The notes under the pieces: model-generated | The model's database searches: none | Told to the model about the DNA's origin: nothing | What the model saw: only the letters and a program-made list of their open reading frames with translations | Part shown: in pieces, positions 1 to 10,839 of the stretch | How positions within the stretch are numbered: the stretch's first letter is position 1 | Layout of the letters: each line of letters begins with the position of its first letter | Position numbers and translations under genes: made by a program | Virus record (IMG/VR): IMGVR_UViG_3300011577_000001 | Strand: one strand, 5' to 3' | Source of the DNA: a virus | Lineage: Duplodnaviria; Caudoviricetes | DNA length: 64,000 nt

Positions 1-1001
1 ACGATGGTCGAGCAGTGACCCAGGATGTCGCGCAGGGTGTTCGGGCCCGGGCAGTCGATCTCGGTACCTTCGTTGATCGAAGGCTTCTTACGAGCCAGGG
101 TCAGGGTGTTCTTGGTAGCGTCTTCGCCAGCCGGGCCAGCTTCGGCCGAGGTGGAGAAGTACCAGCCACCGGCGGCTTCTTTCGAACGGCCGGACAGCTT
201 GGCGGCTACAGGCGAGAACATGCCTTCAGCGCTTTCGACTTCTTTGGTGATCGCAGCTTCTTCCAGAGCAGCCTGGGTTTTCGGGTCAGCCAGTACAGCA
301 CCCATGTGAGCGTAGTACTTCTCGGCAGCCGGAGCCAGTTCACCCCAGGATTCCTGGACCAGTTCACCCAGCACGCCCAGACCCTGAGCAACGCTGGCGC
401 CGTCCACTTTGCCTTTGTAGGCAATGGCGTCGCCGCCGGAGACCTTGACCTTCTTGCCCTGATAGTCGACCGCTTCGCCGGTTTTACCTTTCAGAGCTTC
501 GATGCGGGACTTCAGCTTCTTGGCGCCGCCGAAGATCTTGGCGAAGAAGTTCTTGACCGCAGCGATGGCCTTGGCCACGGCGTTCTTGATGGCCTGCCAG
601 ATCTTCTTGATGGTTTCCTTGATGCCTTCCATCGAGATGGTGGTGGCAGCGGCTTGGCCGGACTGGCCGCCGAAGGATTCCAGGGAAGGAGTAACCGAGC
701 TGACCTTCAGGCCCAGACGGCTGGTGTAGGCGCCGACGGCGTGCTGCATGAACAGAGCGGACTGAGGGTTCAGACCACCGTCTTGCATGGCGGCTTCCAT
801 CGAAACGTAGATGGACTCCAGGCCGTCGGAGATTTCTTCCAGCTCGCCTTGGTCGTCGGAAGACTGCTCGCTCTCGGCGAAGGCTTCGGCGGTTTCGGCG
901 ATTTCTTGCTCAACGGTATCGTCCGGGCTCACGACCAGGTCGGTTTCGTTGACGGTGTCGTCTTCCATGGAGACGAACAGTTGACGCAGAGATTGAGACA
1001 T
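1..1001 (-). CDS. Inner-body/internal head protein (phiKZ gp93-like family), runs off the window's left edge
   Basis: Not in the ORF track; translated by hand from ATG 1001 (MSQSLRQLFVSMEDD...). Acidic propeptide with several S-x-E head-protease sites (VSMED, VSMEA, PSLES, ISMEG) followed by the typical IKKIWQAIKNAV..FFAKIF helix. Confidence 0.8.
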   Translation of the reverse strand, partial: MSQSLRQLFVSMEDDTVNETDLVVSPDDTVEQEIAETAEAFAESEQSSDDQGELEEISDGLESIYVSMEAAMQDGGLNPQSALFMQHAVGAYTSRLGLKVSSVTPSLESFGGQSGQAAATTISMEGIKETIKKIWQAIKNAVAKAIAAVKNFFAKIFGGAKKLKSRIEALKGKTGEAVDYQGKKVKVSGGDAIAYKGKVDGASVAQGLGVLGELVQESWGELAPAAEKYYAHMGAVLADPKTQAALEEAAITKEVESAEGMFSPVAAKLSGRSKEAAGGWYFSTSAEAGPAGEDATKNTLTLARKKPSINEGTEIDCPGPNTLRDILGHCSTI

Positions 1002-1079
1002 GTGGAGTAACTCCGATAAACAATTGTTGATGCGTAAATGCACACGTGCATAACATACATACATTTACACAGATTGGCT

Positions 1080-1649
1080 TTACACGAACTTCGCGTAGAG
1101 GGCCCGGAGGTCGATAGGGTCGTCGCCCTTAGCCTTAGGATTGCGCCATTCACCAAACATGATGTACAGCGAAATCACCAAGTCGTTCAGACCTTCTGGA
1201 TGGGAGATCCATTCGGAAACCACCTTGCTCGGGGCGGTTCCTACCTTTTGGTAGAACTCACGAATCTCCTTGCTGGCGTTACGCTCCCTATAATCATTAC
1301 TGGGTTTAGGGTTCTCAGTCAGCAAGGCTAACCAGTTCTGAACAGACACCCGGCGACGACCCGTTTGGATGTACTTAAGGGTATCGAGCAGAAACTCATA
1401 ATTATATCCGTACAGAAACGGATTGTTCTTCTGCGTATTCAGGAACAGAGCAAAGTTGCTAAAGCAACCCATCGCCACACGCAGGGCTCGTTTTTGGAAC
1501 GTCCAACCATTGCGGTCAACCGTCCCTTCGATCAGAGCGGTGTACAGCGTGTTAACGTCAGCGCTACCGCTAACACGACTGATGTCCATACGATCGGAGG
1601 GAGCAATGAAGCCGCGTGGGTAGAGGTCACCCGATACACGGCTAGTCAT
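1080..1649 (-). CDS. Conserved virion-block hypothetical protein
   Basis: 189-aa ORF overlapping the upstream gene, in the head-protein operon. Confidence 0.65.
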   Translation of the reverse strand: MTSRVSGDLYPRGFIAPSDRMDISRVSGSADVNTLYTALIEGTVDRNGWTFQKRALRVAMGCFSNFALFLNTQKNNPFLYGYNYEFLLDTLKYIQTGRRRVSVQNWLALLTENPKPSNDYRERNASKEIREFYQKVGTAPSKVVSEWISHPEGLNDLVISLYIMFGEWRNPKAKGDDPIDLRALYAKFV

Positions 1650-2532
1650 TGAAACCTTCCTCCATCTCGGCGAGCTTCTTGTTCAGCTTCTGGAGACGAC
1701 CCTCGGTGTAGACGATCTCCTGCTCGATCTTCGCATCTTTGCTACCGTCTTTGAGGACAAGCAGACGGTACTCGAGAGCACGCTTCTCTTCTACGGCAGC
1801 TTTGTAGCGGTTGACTTGCCACTCGGCGATTGCCATGCGGACATAGTAGATCGGGTTCAGGCGGACCGGGATGATACCGAAGTGGAACGGATCGGTCTTG
1901 GTAGCGCCTACGGTGGCTTCTACAGTCGATACGTCGTCCGGTGCTACCACCATGTCAGGGATGGCCTGGAACGAGCTTTCCATGCGACGCACGTCGATGG
2001 AGAGGATGCTGAGACAGTACGCGTAGTTGTCGCGGTTGTCCCAGATCCAACGCTCTTCTGCACGGCTCAGTGCTTTCGGTACACGGAACGGACCGTCTTC
2101 CGATTGCTCTTCCGACAGGGTCCAGAGCAGGACACGGCGAGCATAACGAGAAGCGAACGAGGCCACTTCCAGATACTGGAGGATGTTGGCACGCAGGAAG
2201 CTGATGCTGGTGGAGCCGACGTCTTTGGCGAACGCACGGTCGATCAACTTACCGAGCACTTCCAGTTTGTCGTCCATGTTCGACAGAACTTGGTAGGACG
2301 CAACGATGTAGTTGCCACCAGCCTTTTCGATCTTGGCGATCTTGAGGAAGTTCTTGTCGTAGTTCTGGGTTTGCTTACCCTTGAACTTGGAGTTGCGGTA
2401 GAACTCGGAAGCTTCACGCAGCGGAGGCAGAGTGAGTTCTTTGAGTTCGTTCTTGACGACCGCCAGCTCTTCGATCAGACGACCCTTCTCGAAGGTCGGC
2501 AGCATCAGAGCGAGAAACTTTTGTAACTTCAT
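1642..2532 (-). CDS. Virion structural protein (phiKZ gp90-like)
   Basis: 296 aa with C-terminal coiled coil; assigned by synteny. Confidence 0.6.
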   Translation of the reverse strand: MKLQKFLALMLPTFEKGRLIEELAVVKNELKELTLPPLREASEFYRNSKFKGKQTQNYDKNFLKIAKIEKAGGNYIVASYQVLSNMDDKLEVLGKLIDRAFAKDVGSTSISFLRANILQYLEVASFASRYARRVLLWTLSEEQSEDGPFRVPKALSRAEERWIWDNRDNYAYCLSILSIDVRRMESSFQAIPDMVVAPDDVSTVEATVGATKTDPFHFGIIPVRLNPIYYVRMAIAEWQVNRYKAAVEEKRALEYRLLVLKDGSKDAKIEQEIVYTEGRLQKLNKKLAEMEEGFND

Positions 2533-2544
2533 GGTGACCTCGAG

Positions 2545-3678
2545 TTAGATGGCGGGGCTGTTGCCCAGTTGGTAAGCCTTCAGGATCTCGGCTACGTCTG
2601 GACCTTTGCCTTTGTTGGAGACAGCCAGTTCTTTCACCGACATCTCGGTTGGGATGGCAATCGAGCGGTGGTAGAAGGTGACGTGTTCCCACTCAGGATC
2701 GACCACGCAGAGGATCATGCAGTAGGTCTCACGGAAGAGCTTCTCACGAACGCGGAAGTCCTTCAGACGACCACCGACTTGGCGCTCAACGTCCTTCACT
2801 GCTTGCGAGGACATCACGATGATGTTCGAAGCGGTAGCAACAGAAGGTTGGCCCGAGAAGATGGCGGAGATGCTGTTACCCTTACGACGCTTACGCAGCT
2901 CGTCGTACAGACCGGTTGGATCTTTGGCCAGGGTTTTCTTGTGAGCGTCGATCAGGTCTTGGCACAGCAGCAGGTCGCGAACGAACTCCAGTTGGCCAGC
3001 ACGCCAAGCGTGGAAGCGTTCCTTGACGGAGATGTTCTTGCTGCCGACGCTTAAGATATGAACCAGCTCCTTGGTCCCGATGCCGCTGCAAATGAGGCGA
3101 ACGTTGATCGGGAAGGTAGCTTTGTTGCCCTCGGACTCGATGTTGACTTCCAGCATCTTGCCGACAGACAGGTTGGTCAGCTCACCCAGCATCGAGACAG
3201 TGTCACGACCGTTGGTGAGGGTTGGCGGATTGCCTTCCGGGATCGGATCGTCGATGTCTTCCAGGCTCACGTTGAGCTTTTGCAGACCATCACGACCACC
3301 AGGAACCGGCAGAGCAAAACGATACGAACGCGCATCTTCCAGGCTAACCACGGTGGCGACACCGTTGGAGACGCCGTTGATCAGGTTGTCGGTGGCGTTA
3401 CGCTTGGGGTTCAGCTTGTCCAACAGGCGGATGACATCCACGCTACCAACGTTTACCGACAGCGCGATCGCTTGCAGGTAATAGCCACTGAACAGCGAGG
3501 TCAGGGACTGCATGATGTCGTTGGCATAGGGCAGACGAATGAGCGACTCGTCCATCAGGACGATCGGCTCCACGCGAGTCGGCTGAGTGTATTCGATCAG
3601 CGAACCCGACTTCGCGGCCCGCATCGTGTCCGTCAATTTACTGGCCAGGTTAAGGCCAGTCACAATGTCATTCATCAT
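2545..3678 (-). CDS. Virion head protein (phiKZ gp89-like)
   Basis: 377 aa with two VSLED processing sites; synteny. Confidence 0.65.
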   Translation of the reverse strand: MMNDIVTGLNLASKLTDTMRAAKSGSLIEYTQPTRVEPIVLMDESLIRLPYANDIMQSLTSLFSGYYLQAIALSVNVGSVDVIRLLDKLNPKRNATDNLINGVSNGVATVVSLEDARSYRFALPVPGGRDGLQKLNVSLEDIDDPIPEGNPPTLTNGRDTVSMLGELTNLSVGKMLEVNIESEGNKATFPINVRLICSGIGTKELVHILSVGSKNISVKERFHAWRAGQLEFVRDLLLCQDLIDAHKKTLAKDPTGLYDELRKRRKGNSISAIFSGQPSVATASNIIVMSSQAVKDVERQVGGRLKDFRVREKLFRETYCMILCVVDPEWEHVTFYHRSIAIPTEMSVKELAVSNKGKGPDVAEILKAYQLGNSPAI

Positions 3679-3704
3679 TACTGATAATCCCTCGAAGGTG
3701 ACTA

Positions 3705-4835
3705 ATGGCTAAAACTATTAAAGATGTGTTGAGCATCATTCAAAAGGCAGGTGGGCTAGGTGATCTTTCGCAGGCCGCGATCAATAACCTTAAAGGCATC
3801 AACCACCGAGGTTTCGGAAACCCGTTACCAGTCAACAAAGATAACCAGGGCTTGACGTTCTTCACACGCCCTAACCTGAACTTATCATACGATAATATTG
3901 CAGCTAAGCGTATTCTGACCCCATTGCTCGATGGGGATGGTCCGGCGATGAACACGTATCAGCGTGCGATCCGTATGACACTCGATCCATACCTCGGTGA
4001 TCCGGCGATGTTTAAGCTGGGTGACCCGCGTCGTGGGGCACAGATGATGACTTGTGATCTGATCGATCAGAAGCAAGCCTTCATTCCAATCCTCACGAAC
4101 TGCCTCATTTCCCTAGGTGGTTGGCCTGACCTTTCGGTAGAGACTTTCCGCTCGACTCCCGGTAACTATGGTGAGTCATGGGCGATGGTGGACTCCAGCT
4201 CTCGCTTCTACGAAGTGTACGAGTTGAACGGTGCATTCAAAAGTCTTGAGGGTGATCCGATCTCCACGATCTTCTCGACTTGGCTACACTATATGTCGGG
4301 GGTTTACGAGGGGTCCATGGTCCCTTATCCGAATAACCTCGTGGAACGACGTATTGACTACCAGACGCGTATCTACCGTTTACTGTTAGACTCCAGTCGT
4401 CGATACGTTCAAAAGATCGCTGCTTGTGGTGCCGCCTTCCCTGTGAACTCACCACTGGGTAACTCGTTCAACTTCACGAACGAGGGTGTCTACAACCAAG
4501 ACAACGACCAGATCCAGATCCGCTTCGTAGCAATGGGTGCTGACTACAACGACCCTATCACCATTCAAGAGTTCAACGCCGTAGTACAGATCTTCAACCC
4601 GGAGATGAAAGGTGACGATAATGATCGTTCCCGCTACTACCGCAAGCTCGATGGTATCGATGAGATGAAAGCCTACAACTATAATGGCTATCCTCGAATC
4701 GATCCTGAGTCGATGGAACTGACCTGGTGGGTACCGATTGACAATTCCTCGGTAAGCGTTGCTGTTGCAACTCCTTCTGCGGGTGTGGACCTTTCCCCAA
4801 TCACTGATCTTCTTAAGGGCACTTCGACCTCATGA
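3705..4835 (+). CDS. Virion structural protein (phiKZ gp88-like)
   Basis: 376 aa, divergent from the head operon, ATGA-coupled to the next gene; synteny. Confidence 0.6.
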   Translation: MAKTIKDVLSIIQKAGGLGDLSQAAINNLKGINHRGFGNPLPVNKDNQGLTFFTRPNLNLSYDNIAAKRILTPLLDGDGPAMNTYQRAIRMTLDPYLGDPAMFKLGDPRRGAQMMTCDLIDQKQAFIPILTNCLISLGGWPDLSVETFRSTPGNYGESWAMVDSSSRFYEVYELNGAFKSLEGDPISTIFSTWLHYMSGVYEGSMVPYPNNLVERRIDYQTRIYRLLLDSSRRYVQKIAACGAAFPVNSPLGNSFNFTNEGVYNQDNDQIQIRFVAMGADYNDPITIQEFNAVVQIFNPEMKGDDNDRSRYYRKLDGIDEMKAYNYNGYPRIDPESMELTWWVPIDNSSVSVAVATPSAGVDLSPITDLLKGTSTS

Positions 4836-7747
4836 CGACCACTACCGCTGAGTTAATGGCCGCGATTGACGCGGTTCGTTTTAACCCCTCTGCGATCCAT
4901 CGCTTGGCCCTGAACATTCTCGAAGAGACTCGGAATGGGGAGCGAGTGATTGTAGACCCGACCAACCCTTTCATGTTCCTGCTGGAGTCCAGTGCGGTAA
5001 ACGTTGCGGCTGCTATGGCGTCCAACGAAGCCAACCTGCGTAAACAGTACGGGAGCATGGCGCTGACCGAGGAGGAGATCTACCTCCACATGTCCGACCG
5101 GGACTACCTCGATCGGTTCGCTAAACCGTCTCGTACTGAGATTGGTATTCTGCTGTCGCTGGATGAGATCTACCAACGTGTGATCCCAACTGGCTCTGGT
5201 GGGATGAAGAAGATGGTGATCCCTCGTCACAGTGAGTTTACTGTGGCAGGTTATTCCTTCACCATGCAGTACCCGATTGAACTGCGGGTCATGGCCAACA
5301 AAGGCTTGCAGGTGATCCACGATGTGTCACGACAGTCACCACTGATGTCCCTGACCTCCAACGTGGCTAAGACAGTGCTGATGAACATCGACGGTCAGAA
5401 GTACCTGTTGATCTACGCACCCGTCCTGCAAGTGAAGATCGACGTCCAGTATCCCAAGCTGGTCGCTGCGACGGCGTTCCGCAAACGCTACAACTTCGAT
5501 AACCAGTTCCACTTCGCTCGTGTCTACCAAGCCAACGCGGCTGGTGAATGGGTCGAGATGCGCACTACCCACACTGATCAGGTTTACGACCCGATGGTGC
5601 CCACGGCGGTACTTAAGGTGTTGGAAGGTCAACTCGAAGTCAGCATCCCGATGATCTACCAATCGGCAGGTACTGTAGAGTCTGAACTGCGGGTCGAGAT
5701 CTACACCACTGTCGGACCACTGGATCTGATCCTCAACAACTACGAACCCGGCTCTTACACCGCTCGTTGGTTGGACTTGGACGCTGATGACAACGGCATT
5801 TACATTGCACCGTTGACTCAGTTCAGTTCGGTCTCGGTGTTCTCTGACCGCGTGGTAACTGGTGGTAGCGATGCGCTGACGTTCGAGGCTCTGCGTGAGC
5901 GTGTGATCAACAACAGCCTGGGTTCCCAGCAACTACCGATCACCAACCAACAACTGACTTCGACGCTGTCGAACTTGGGCTATAACTTGTCGACCAACAT
6001 CGACTTGATTACCAACCGTCAGTTCTTGGCTACCCGCGTACTGCCTCCTCCGTCAGATGGTTCGGTGATCTCGGGTGCTGCGGCAACTGTGGCGACCTAC
6101 CAAGCATCGTTCGATGACTTGAAGTCCCATGAGTACATCCGTGACAACGGACTGCGCCTGACCATCACGCCGAAGGTGCTCTTCCAGGGCTACAACGGTC
6201 AGTACGGTCTGGTCTCCAAGATGCGCACCGATGAGCTGCTCGCCATGCGTGGCACCGATGCGTTTTTACCAGAGCTGGAACAGAACCGTTACCTAGCGTC
6301 GCCGTTCTACTACGTGTGGGACATTGACAATGACATCTTTGACTGCCGGATGTATCACCTCGATGCACCGACTGTTGAATCGAAGGTCTTTGTTCAAGAG
6401 AACGACACCACGGGTCTGATTGTTGCCACTGACACCTTTGCCCTGGAGAAGATCGACGAAGGCTATCGCGTCGTCATCAAGACCAAGTCGAGCGAAGAGT
6501 GGAAGCTGCTGCGTGACGATCAGGTCTACGTTCAGTTGGCGTTCGTGGCTCAAGGTGAAACAGCGCGTGCGTACATCAACGGTACGTTGCTGGCGCGTGA
6601 CGTCGACACCAACGAACGGATCTACGAGTTCAAGATCCTCACCAACTACGACGTGGATGAAGCGCATGGTCTGATGATCAACAACTTCACCATCTTCGGT
6701 CAGGTTCAAGACTGCCCAATCCCGCTGGAAGGTAAGTTGGACATTCTGTACGTCGCGGCGGACTACTCCTACCTCGACATGGTCTCCTCGGAAATCGACA
6801 CGATCCTCGACAGTTCTCTGCTGCCTGAGAAATACATCGGGTTGATCCACGAGCAACTGAACGTTACCCTGGGCCACACCTTGGATGGCTTCTGGTTGAA
6901 CAACCGTTCGGTGGTTTCGTCCATCGAGTACATGACCTACCCGACTGATGTGGTGGCCACCTATTCGGAAAACGTTTACGAACGCGATCCGGTGACCGGT
7001 GCGGTGAAGGTTGAGATCGGGGCTGATGGTAAGCCGAAGTTCAATCTGCTGTACGCCAAGGGCGATATCGTTCGAGACTCTACCGGTGAGGTGACTTACC
7101 AGTACCGTCAAGGCGACGTCATCGTTGATGCTCAAGGTAATCCGGTACCAGCTAACCCACGTGGGATGTTGCGGCAGACGGACCTGTTCTTGATGGACGG
7201 TCTGTACTACTTCGCTACCGAGAGTGCATCCAAAGACTACGCTGCGAGTGTTCCTAACACCATCGTGTCGTGGCTGGAAGATGACATCAAACCGATCTCT
7301 GAACGTCTGCTGGAACAAACCGAGCTGTTCTTCCATCCTCAGATTACCACTGGTTACGCCAAGGCTCTGGTGATGGATAACTTCGAGATCGACCTCGACA
7401 CTGAACAGACTCTGACAGTTCGCTACTACCTGTCGGAAACTGGCTTCAAGAACGCTGAGCTGCGCAAGAGCCTCGAGACCACTGCTATTGAAGTGATCCA
7501 CGAAGCCTTTGGGTCTTCTCGCGTGAGCACCAAAGACATCGCTAACCGCATCCAGTTGGCTGCTGGTGATGATGTTCGAACGGTGTCGGTGTCTGGTCTG
7601 GGTGGTGGTACTCCAGGTTACGATATCGTGTCGCTGCAAGACGAATCTGCTCGCTTGGGGATTCGTAAGAAACTGGTGGCACTGGCTGATGGTACTTACG
7701 CGGTGGAAGACTCCGTGGAAGTGCTGTTTATCCAACACGGTAACTAA
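4832..7747 (+). CDS. Large virion protein, probable baseplate wedge (phiKZ gp87-like)
   Basis: 971 aa; GGSDALTFEALRERVINN resembles the T4 gp6/baseplate-J motif; synteny. Confidence 0.6.
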   Translation: MTTTTAELMAAIDAVRFNPSAIHRLALNILEETRNGERVIVDPTNPFMFLLESSAVNVAAAMASNEANLRKQYGSMALTEEEIYLHMSDRDYLDRFAKPSRTEIGILLSLDEIYQRVIPTGSGGMKKMVIPRHSEFTVAGYSFTMQYPIELRVMANKGLQVIHDVSRQSPLMSLTSNVAKTVLMNIDGQKYLLIYAPVLQVKIDVQYPKLVAATAFRKRYNFDNQFHFARVYQANAAGEWVEMRTTHTDQVYDPMVPTAVLKVLEGQLEVSIPMIYQSAGTVESELRVEIYTTVGPLDLILNNYEPGSYTARWLDLDADDNGIYIAPLTQFSSVSVFSDRVVTGGSDALTFEALRERVINNSLGSQQLPITNQQLTSTLSNLGYNLSTNIDLITNRQFLATRVLPPPSDGSVISGAAATVATYQASFDDLKSHEYIRDNGLRLTITPKVLFQGYNGQYGLVSKMRTDELLAMRGTDAFLPELEQNRYLASPFYYVWDIDNDIFDCRMYHLDAPTVESKVFVQENDTTGLIVATDTFALEKIDEGYRVVIKTKSSEEWKLLRDDQVYVQLAFVAQGETARAYINGTLLARDVDTNERIYEFKILTNYDVDEAHGLMINNFTIFGQVQDCPIPLEGKLDILYVAADYSYLDMVSSEIDTILDSSLLPEKYIGLIHEQLNVTLGHTLDGFWLNNRSVVSSIEYMTYPTDVVATYSENVYERDPVTGAVKVEIGADGKPKFNLLYAKGDIVRDSTGEVTYQYRQGDVIVDAQGNPVPANPRGMLRQTDLFLMDGLYYFATESASKDYAASVPNTIVSWLEDDIKPISERLLEQTELFFHPQITTGYAKALVMDNFEIDLDTEQTLTVRYYLSETGFKNAELRKSLETTAIEVIHEAFGSSRVSTKDIANRIQLAAGDDVRTVSVSGLGGGTPGYDIVSLQDESARLGIRKKLVALADGTYAVEDSVEVLFIQHGN

Positions 7748-7783
7748 CGGCATAGAGGGAGGGCGCAGGCCCTCCCCTTATGC
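7748..7783. terminator. Hairpin between convergent genes
   Basis: GGGAGGGC-GCAG-GCCCTCCC flanked by GCATA/TATGC. Confidence 0.65.
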
Positions 7784-9019
7784 TCACTTCTTCTTGGACT
7801 TGTTGTAGTCGCGCAGCTTTTGCTTGGCGTCTTCATCATCCGAGGAGGTGATTGCTGCTACCATTGCGGTGTGACCACCGTTGGCAGCCATGCGACCCAG
7901 TTCCACGAAGCGGTTGCGCATGCGTTCGCACTTAGCCAACATGGCGTCGTACTTCTGCACTACGTCGATCATCTTCTTCATGGAAGCGATGCACTTACGC
8001 AAGGCGCGTTCAACGTCAGCCCCGACTTTCGGGTTGAAGGTGGATTTCTCCAACTTGTTGACGTCACGCAGCAAGTTCTCCAGTTGGCCTGGTTGCTTGA
8101 CTTTACGCAGCGGACACTTGTCGACAGAGTAGCCCTCCAAGTCGTTCAGTACTTTCTCTCCGTTGAAGGAGTTCGTGTAGGCTTGAGCGATGGTGGAGTT
8201 CAGACTGTCGATGATCTCCCGCATGTCTTCTTGGTAATCAACCGGCTCACCAGAGACGCGATGGATCACTTGGAAGGTCTGACGGATGACCGGGTCGGTG
8301 TCGCGGATCTCGATGTCGTTCAGGCTGGTCAGCACACGGTTGACAGCCATCTCGTCATTGGAGTTGTCCTTCTTCGACTCACGTTCGATCAGGGTCGCCA
8401 TCATTTGCATTTTGGTGACCATGGTGGCGAAGGTCGAATCAGCAGAAGCCAAGCAACGAGTGATCGGACCCTGGGCCAAGATGTCACGCAGGACACCGTT
8501 GTACAGTTGGGCCATTTCATCGTAGATCGGCTTGAGCTTTTCAGCTTTGCGTTCTTCGTAGTCGCGACGAATCGGCAGGGACACCATCTTCTCCAAGTCA
8601 CGGGTGGACTTGATGGAGGAGGTCATCTGCTCAGCCGACTTCTGGGCTTCTTTCGAAGCTTTGTCGTTGGCTTTGAACATACCAACCAGCCAGAAGATCA
8701 GTTTGGTCACCAGCGCTACGAAAGCCGCTACCGCACCACCAATCAGAGCCGCACTGGCCGCACTCATCGACTCCATCGAAACGGAGTAGTTGGTGAGGGT
8801 GGGGTTCTTACTGAAACTGTTGAGTTTCAGGTGGGCAGGGAGCAGATGCTGTACCGGTTGGATCATCGTTCTGCTAACGCCGTTCTCACGACGCATCGCG
8901 TTGATTACCATGTCGATATCCAGCGCCTTGGACTCCATCGAGAGCATGATCTCTTCTTCGTCGATGGTATCCGGCTTCTCGGGTTCTGGAAGACCTGTGG
9001 TAGTAGAGCTGAGGGTCAT
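7784..9019 (-). CDS. Internal head protein paralogue
   Basis: 411 aa; LSMES and VSMES sites, LNSFS..PT.TNY motif, then a hydrophobic helix. Confidence 0.7.
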   Translation of the reverse strand: MTLSSTTTGLPEPEKPDTIDEEEIMLSMESKALDIDMVINAMRRENGVSRTMIQPVQHLLPAHLKLNSFSKNPTLTNYSVSMESMSAASAALIGGAVAAFVALVTKLIFWLVGMFKANDKASKEAQKSAEQMTSSIKSTRDLEKMVSLPIRRDYEERKAEKLKPIYDEMAQLYNGVLRDILAQGPITRCLASADSTFATMVTKMQMMATLIERESKKDNSNDEMAVNRVLTSLNDIEIRDTDPVIRQTFQVIHRVSGEPVDYQEDMREIIDSLNSTIAQAYTNSFNGEKVLNDLEGYSVDKCPLRKVKQPGQLENLLRDVNKLEKSTFNPKVGADVERALRKCIASMKKMIDVVQKYDAMLAKCERMRNRFVELGRMAANGGHTAMVAAITSSDDEDAKQKLRDYNKSKKK

Positions 9020-9029
9020 ACCAGTCTCC

Positions 9030-9476
9030 TTAGAAAACGCTGTTGGTCTGGAAGACCTCGATCAGGTCGCGGTTCTCGTAAACACACTTGTAGCGGTTTG
9101 CGATCTCGCAGGAAACCGGGTCGGTGACTTCGCCGCACAGCAACAGGTTCTTCAGCAGGGAAGAAGCGGCCGGATGAGTAGCGTCGTGACACAGACGGTA
9201 ACGAGTAATCCACAGTTTGAACACCAGGTTTTCAACGATGTCCATGTCGATCACATGCTGTTCGTTGATCACGTTCAGCGCTTTACCGATGTTGATGCGC
9301 AGGGTGTTGCGGTACCACGCTTCTGGATGATCCACAGCACTCGAAGGGAGAGGGAGCTGGGCTGCCAGGGCGTCGGCCACCAACAGGCTAACCACCTTGC
9401 AGCGGTCAGCGAATTGCACTTCACCACAATCCAAAGCGCGTTGGATAGCAGTGGCGATAGGTTTGATCTGGAGCAT
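9030..9476 (-). CDS. Hypothetical virion-block protein
   Basis: 148-aa ORF tightly packed in the operon. Confidence 0.6.
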   Translation of the reverse strand: MLQIKPIATAIQRALDCGEVQFADRCKVVSLLVADALAAQLPLPSSAVDHPEAWYRNTLRINIGKALNVINEQHVIDMDIVENLVFKLWITRYRLCHDATHPAASSLLKNLLLCGEVTDPVSCEIANRYKCVYENRDLIEVFQTNSVF

Positions 9477-9485
9477 GTGGGAGCC

Positions 9486-10754
9486 CTATGCGAATTTCAG
9501 GTTGGTGAGTTTCTCGGCAGTCACGAAGAGCTGGTTGTTCACCAGTTTCTCGAGTTCTACCTGGAAGCGGAGTTGTTCGTACTGACGACGACCGCTCGGC
9601 AGGATGGAGGTGTAGAAGAACTCCATCAAGGTGCGTTTGTCATCGATGTTCTTGAGCAAGGCGTCGACCGCTTCGATGTCGTCCACGATTGCTTTGCGCT
9701 GATCGGCTGGCAGGTCTTTTTGCTTGAGGGAAGCAACCAGCTCACGCTTCATACGACCAAGGCGGGCACCTGGATCGTCGTACAGCTTCATGGCAGGGTT
9801 GATCAGCAGCACCAGCAGGATCAGGCCGCAGGTTGGGATCAACAGGGCGAAGAACAGGATCACACGGATCACGGTAGCGAAGATGTGCATGCCGGTAGAC
9901 ATGTACGAGGCGTCGCCGCCGTAGTGGCGGTGAATCTTGTCCAGGCCAGTAGCCAGGTAACGACCAGCACCGGCGCGGATAGCGTACTGGTCAGCCAGTG
10001 CTTCGGTCGCGGTGATGTCGTAGATGTTCGAGCCCAGGGAAGACTTGGCTTCGAGGATGGCTTTACGCAGTACGACGGTCTGGAAGACTTCTTTACTGTC
10101 ACACTTGACCAGTGCTTCAGGGTCATCCAGCGAGATTTCCAACGCTTTACAAGTCTCGTCCAGAATCTGCGTCCGTTTTACCAGATCGTCAGACTTGAAG
10201 AAGGCTTGGGTGGCCGCGTGTAGAATTACGTTCGTCGTTAATGTATGACCGAGGAACTCGTAGTAGGTGAACAGGTGCCCCACTTCGTGCAGTGTAACGG
10301 CTGCGCGTTCTTCATCACACAGCAGGGTGCTTTCACACAGACCCTTGTAAACAGTGAGCTGGTGTTCGATCTCGGTGAAGATACCGTACACCTTACCTTG
10401 TTTCAGGTCCACAGAACCCTTAATGATGTCGCTACGACGGGCTTTGATGAACTTCTTCACGTCGGTGTTATCGATGTGAGGTTTCCACCAATCGTAGATC
10501 AGCGGGTTGTTCTTGTCGACCATCGGCGGAATGACATACGCATTGATGTCATTGTTTTTCTCGACCTTGAATTTGACCTTGAGGCCAGTGTGACGCTTGA
10601 TGATTTCTTCGAATCCGATCCGCTTAAGGGCGTCTCCTTCGTAGGCCTTCTCCGTACGCATACGCTGGAAAGCCAACGTAAGCTCTTTGAAGAAGAGATC
10701 ATTCTGGACCTGAATGGCCTCGAGGCCGATGGAAAGTCGTTTACTGGTTAACAT
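9486..10754 (-). CDS. Virion-associated zinc metallopeptidase-like protein (phiKZ gp84-like)
   Basis: LHEVGH (HExxH), EALADQYA third-ligand motif, hydrophobic segment, N-terminal IGLEA site. Confidence 0.7.
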   Translation of the reverse strand: MLTSKRLSIGLEAIQVQNDLFFKELTLAFQRMRTEKAYEGDALKRIGFEEIIKRHTGLKVKFKVEKNNDINAYVIPPMVDKNNPLIYDWWKPHIDNTDVKKFIKARRSDIIKGSVDLKQGKVYGIFTEIEHQLTVYKGLCESTLLCDEERAAVTLHEVGHLFTYYEFLGHTLTTNVILHAATQAFFKSDDLVKRTQILDETCKALEISLDDPEALVKCDSKEVFQTVVLRKAILEAKSSLGSNIYDITATEALADQYAIRAGAGRYLATGLDKIHRHYGGDASYMSTGMHIFATVIRVILFFALLIPTCGLILLVLLINPAMKLYDDPGARLGRMKRELVASLKQKDLPADQRKAIVDDIEAVDALLKNIDDKRTLMEFFYTSILPSGRRQYEQLRFQVELEKLVNNQLFVTAEKLTNLKFA

Positions 10755-10839
10755 ATCAGCTCCATGGCTCGGGGGTGGGCTGTTAGAAAAGATGACTCAT
10801 AATGATAGTTTGAGCATGGGCTACTAAAGGAAACGGGCA

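Noticed and set aside
206-500. Apparent frameshift in the inner-body gene
   Set aside because: Manual translation from 1001 stays open to the window edge.
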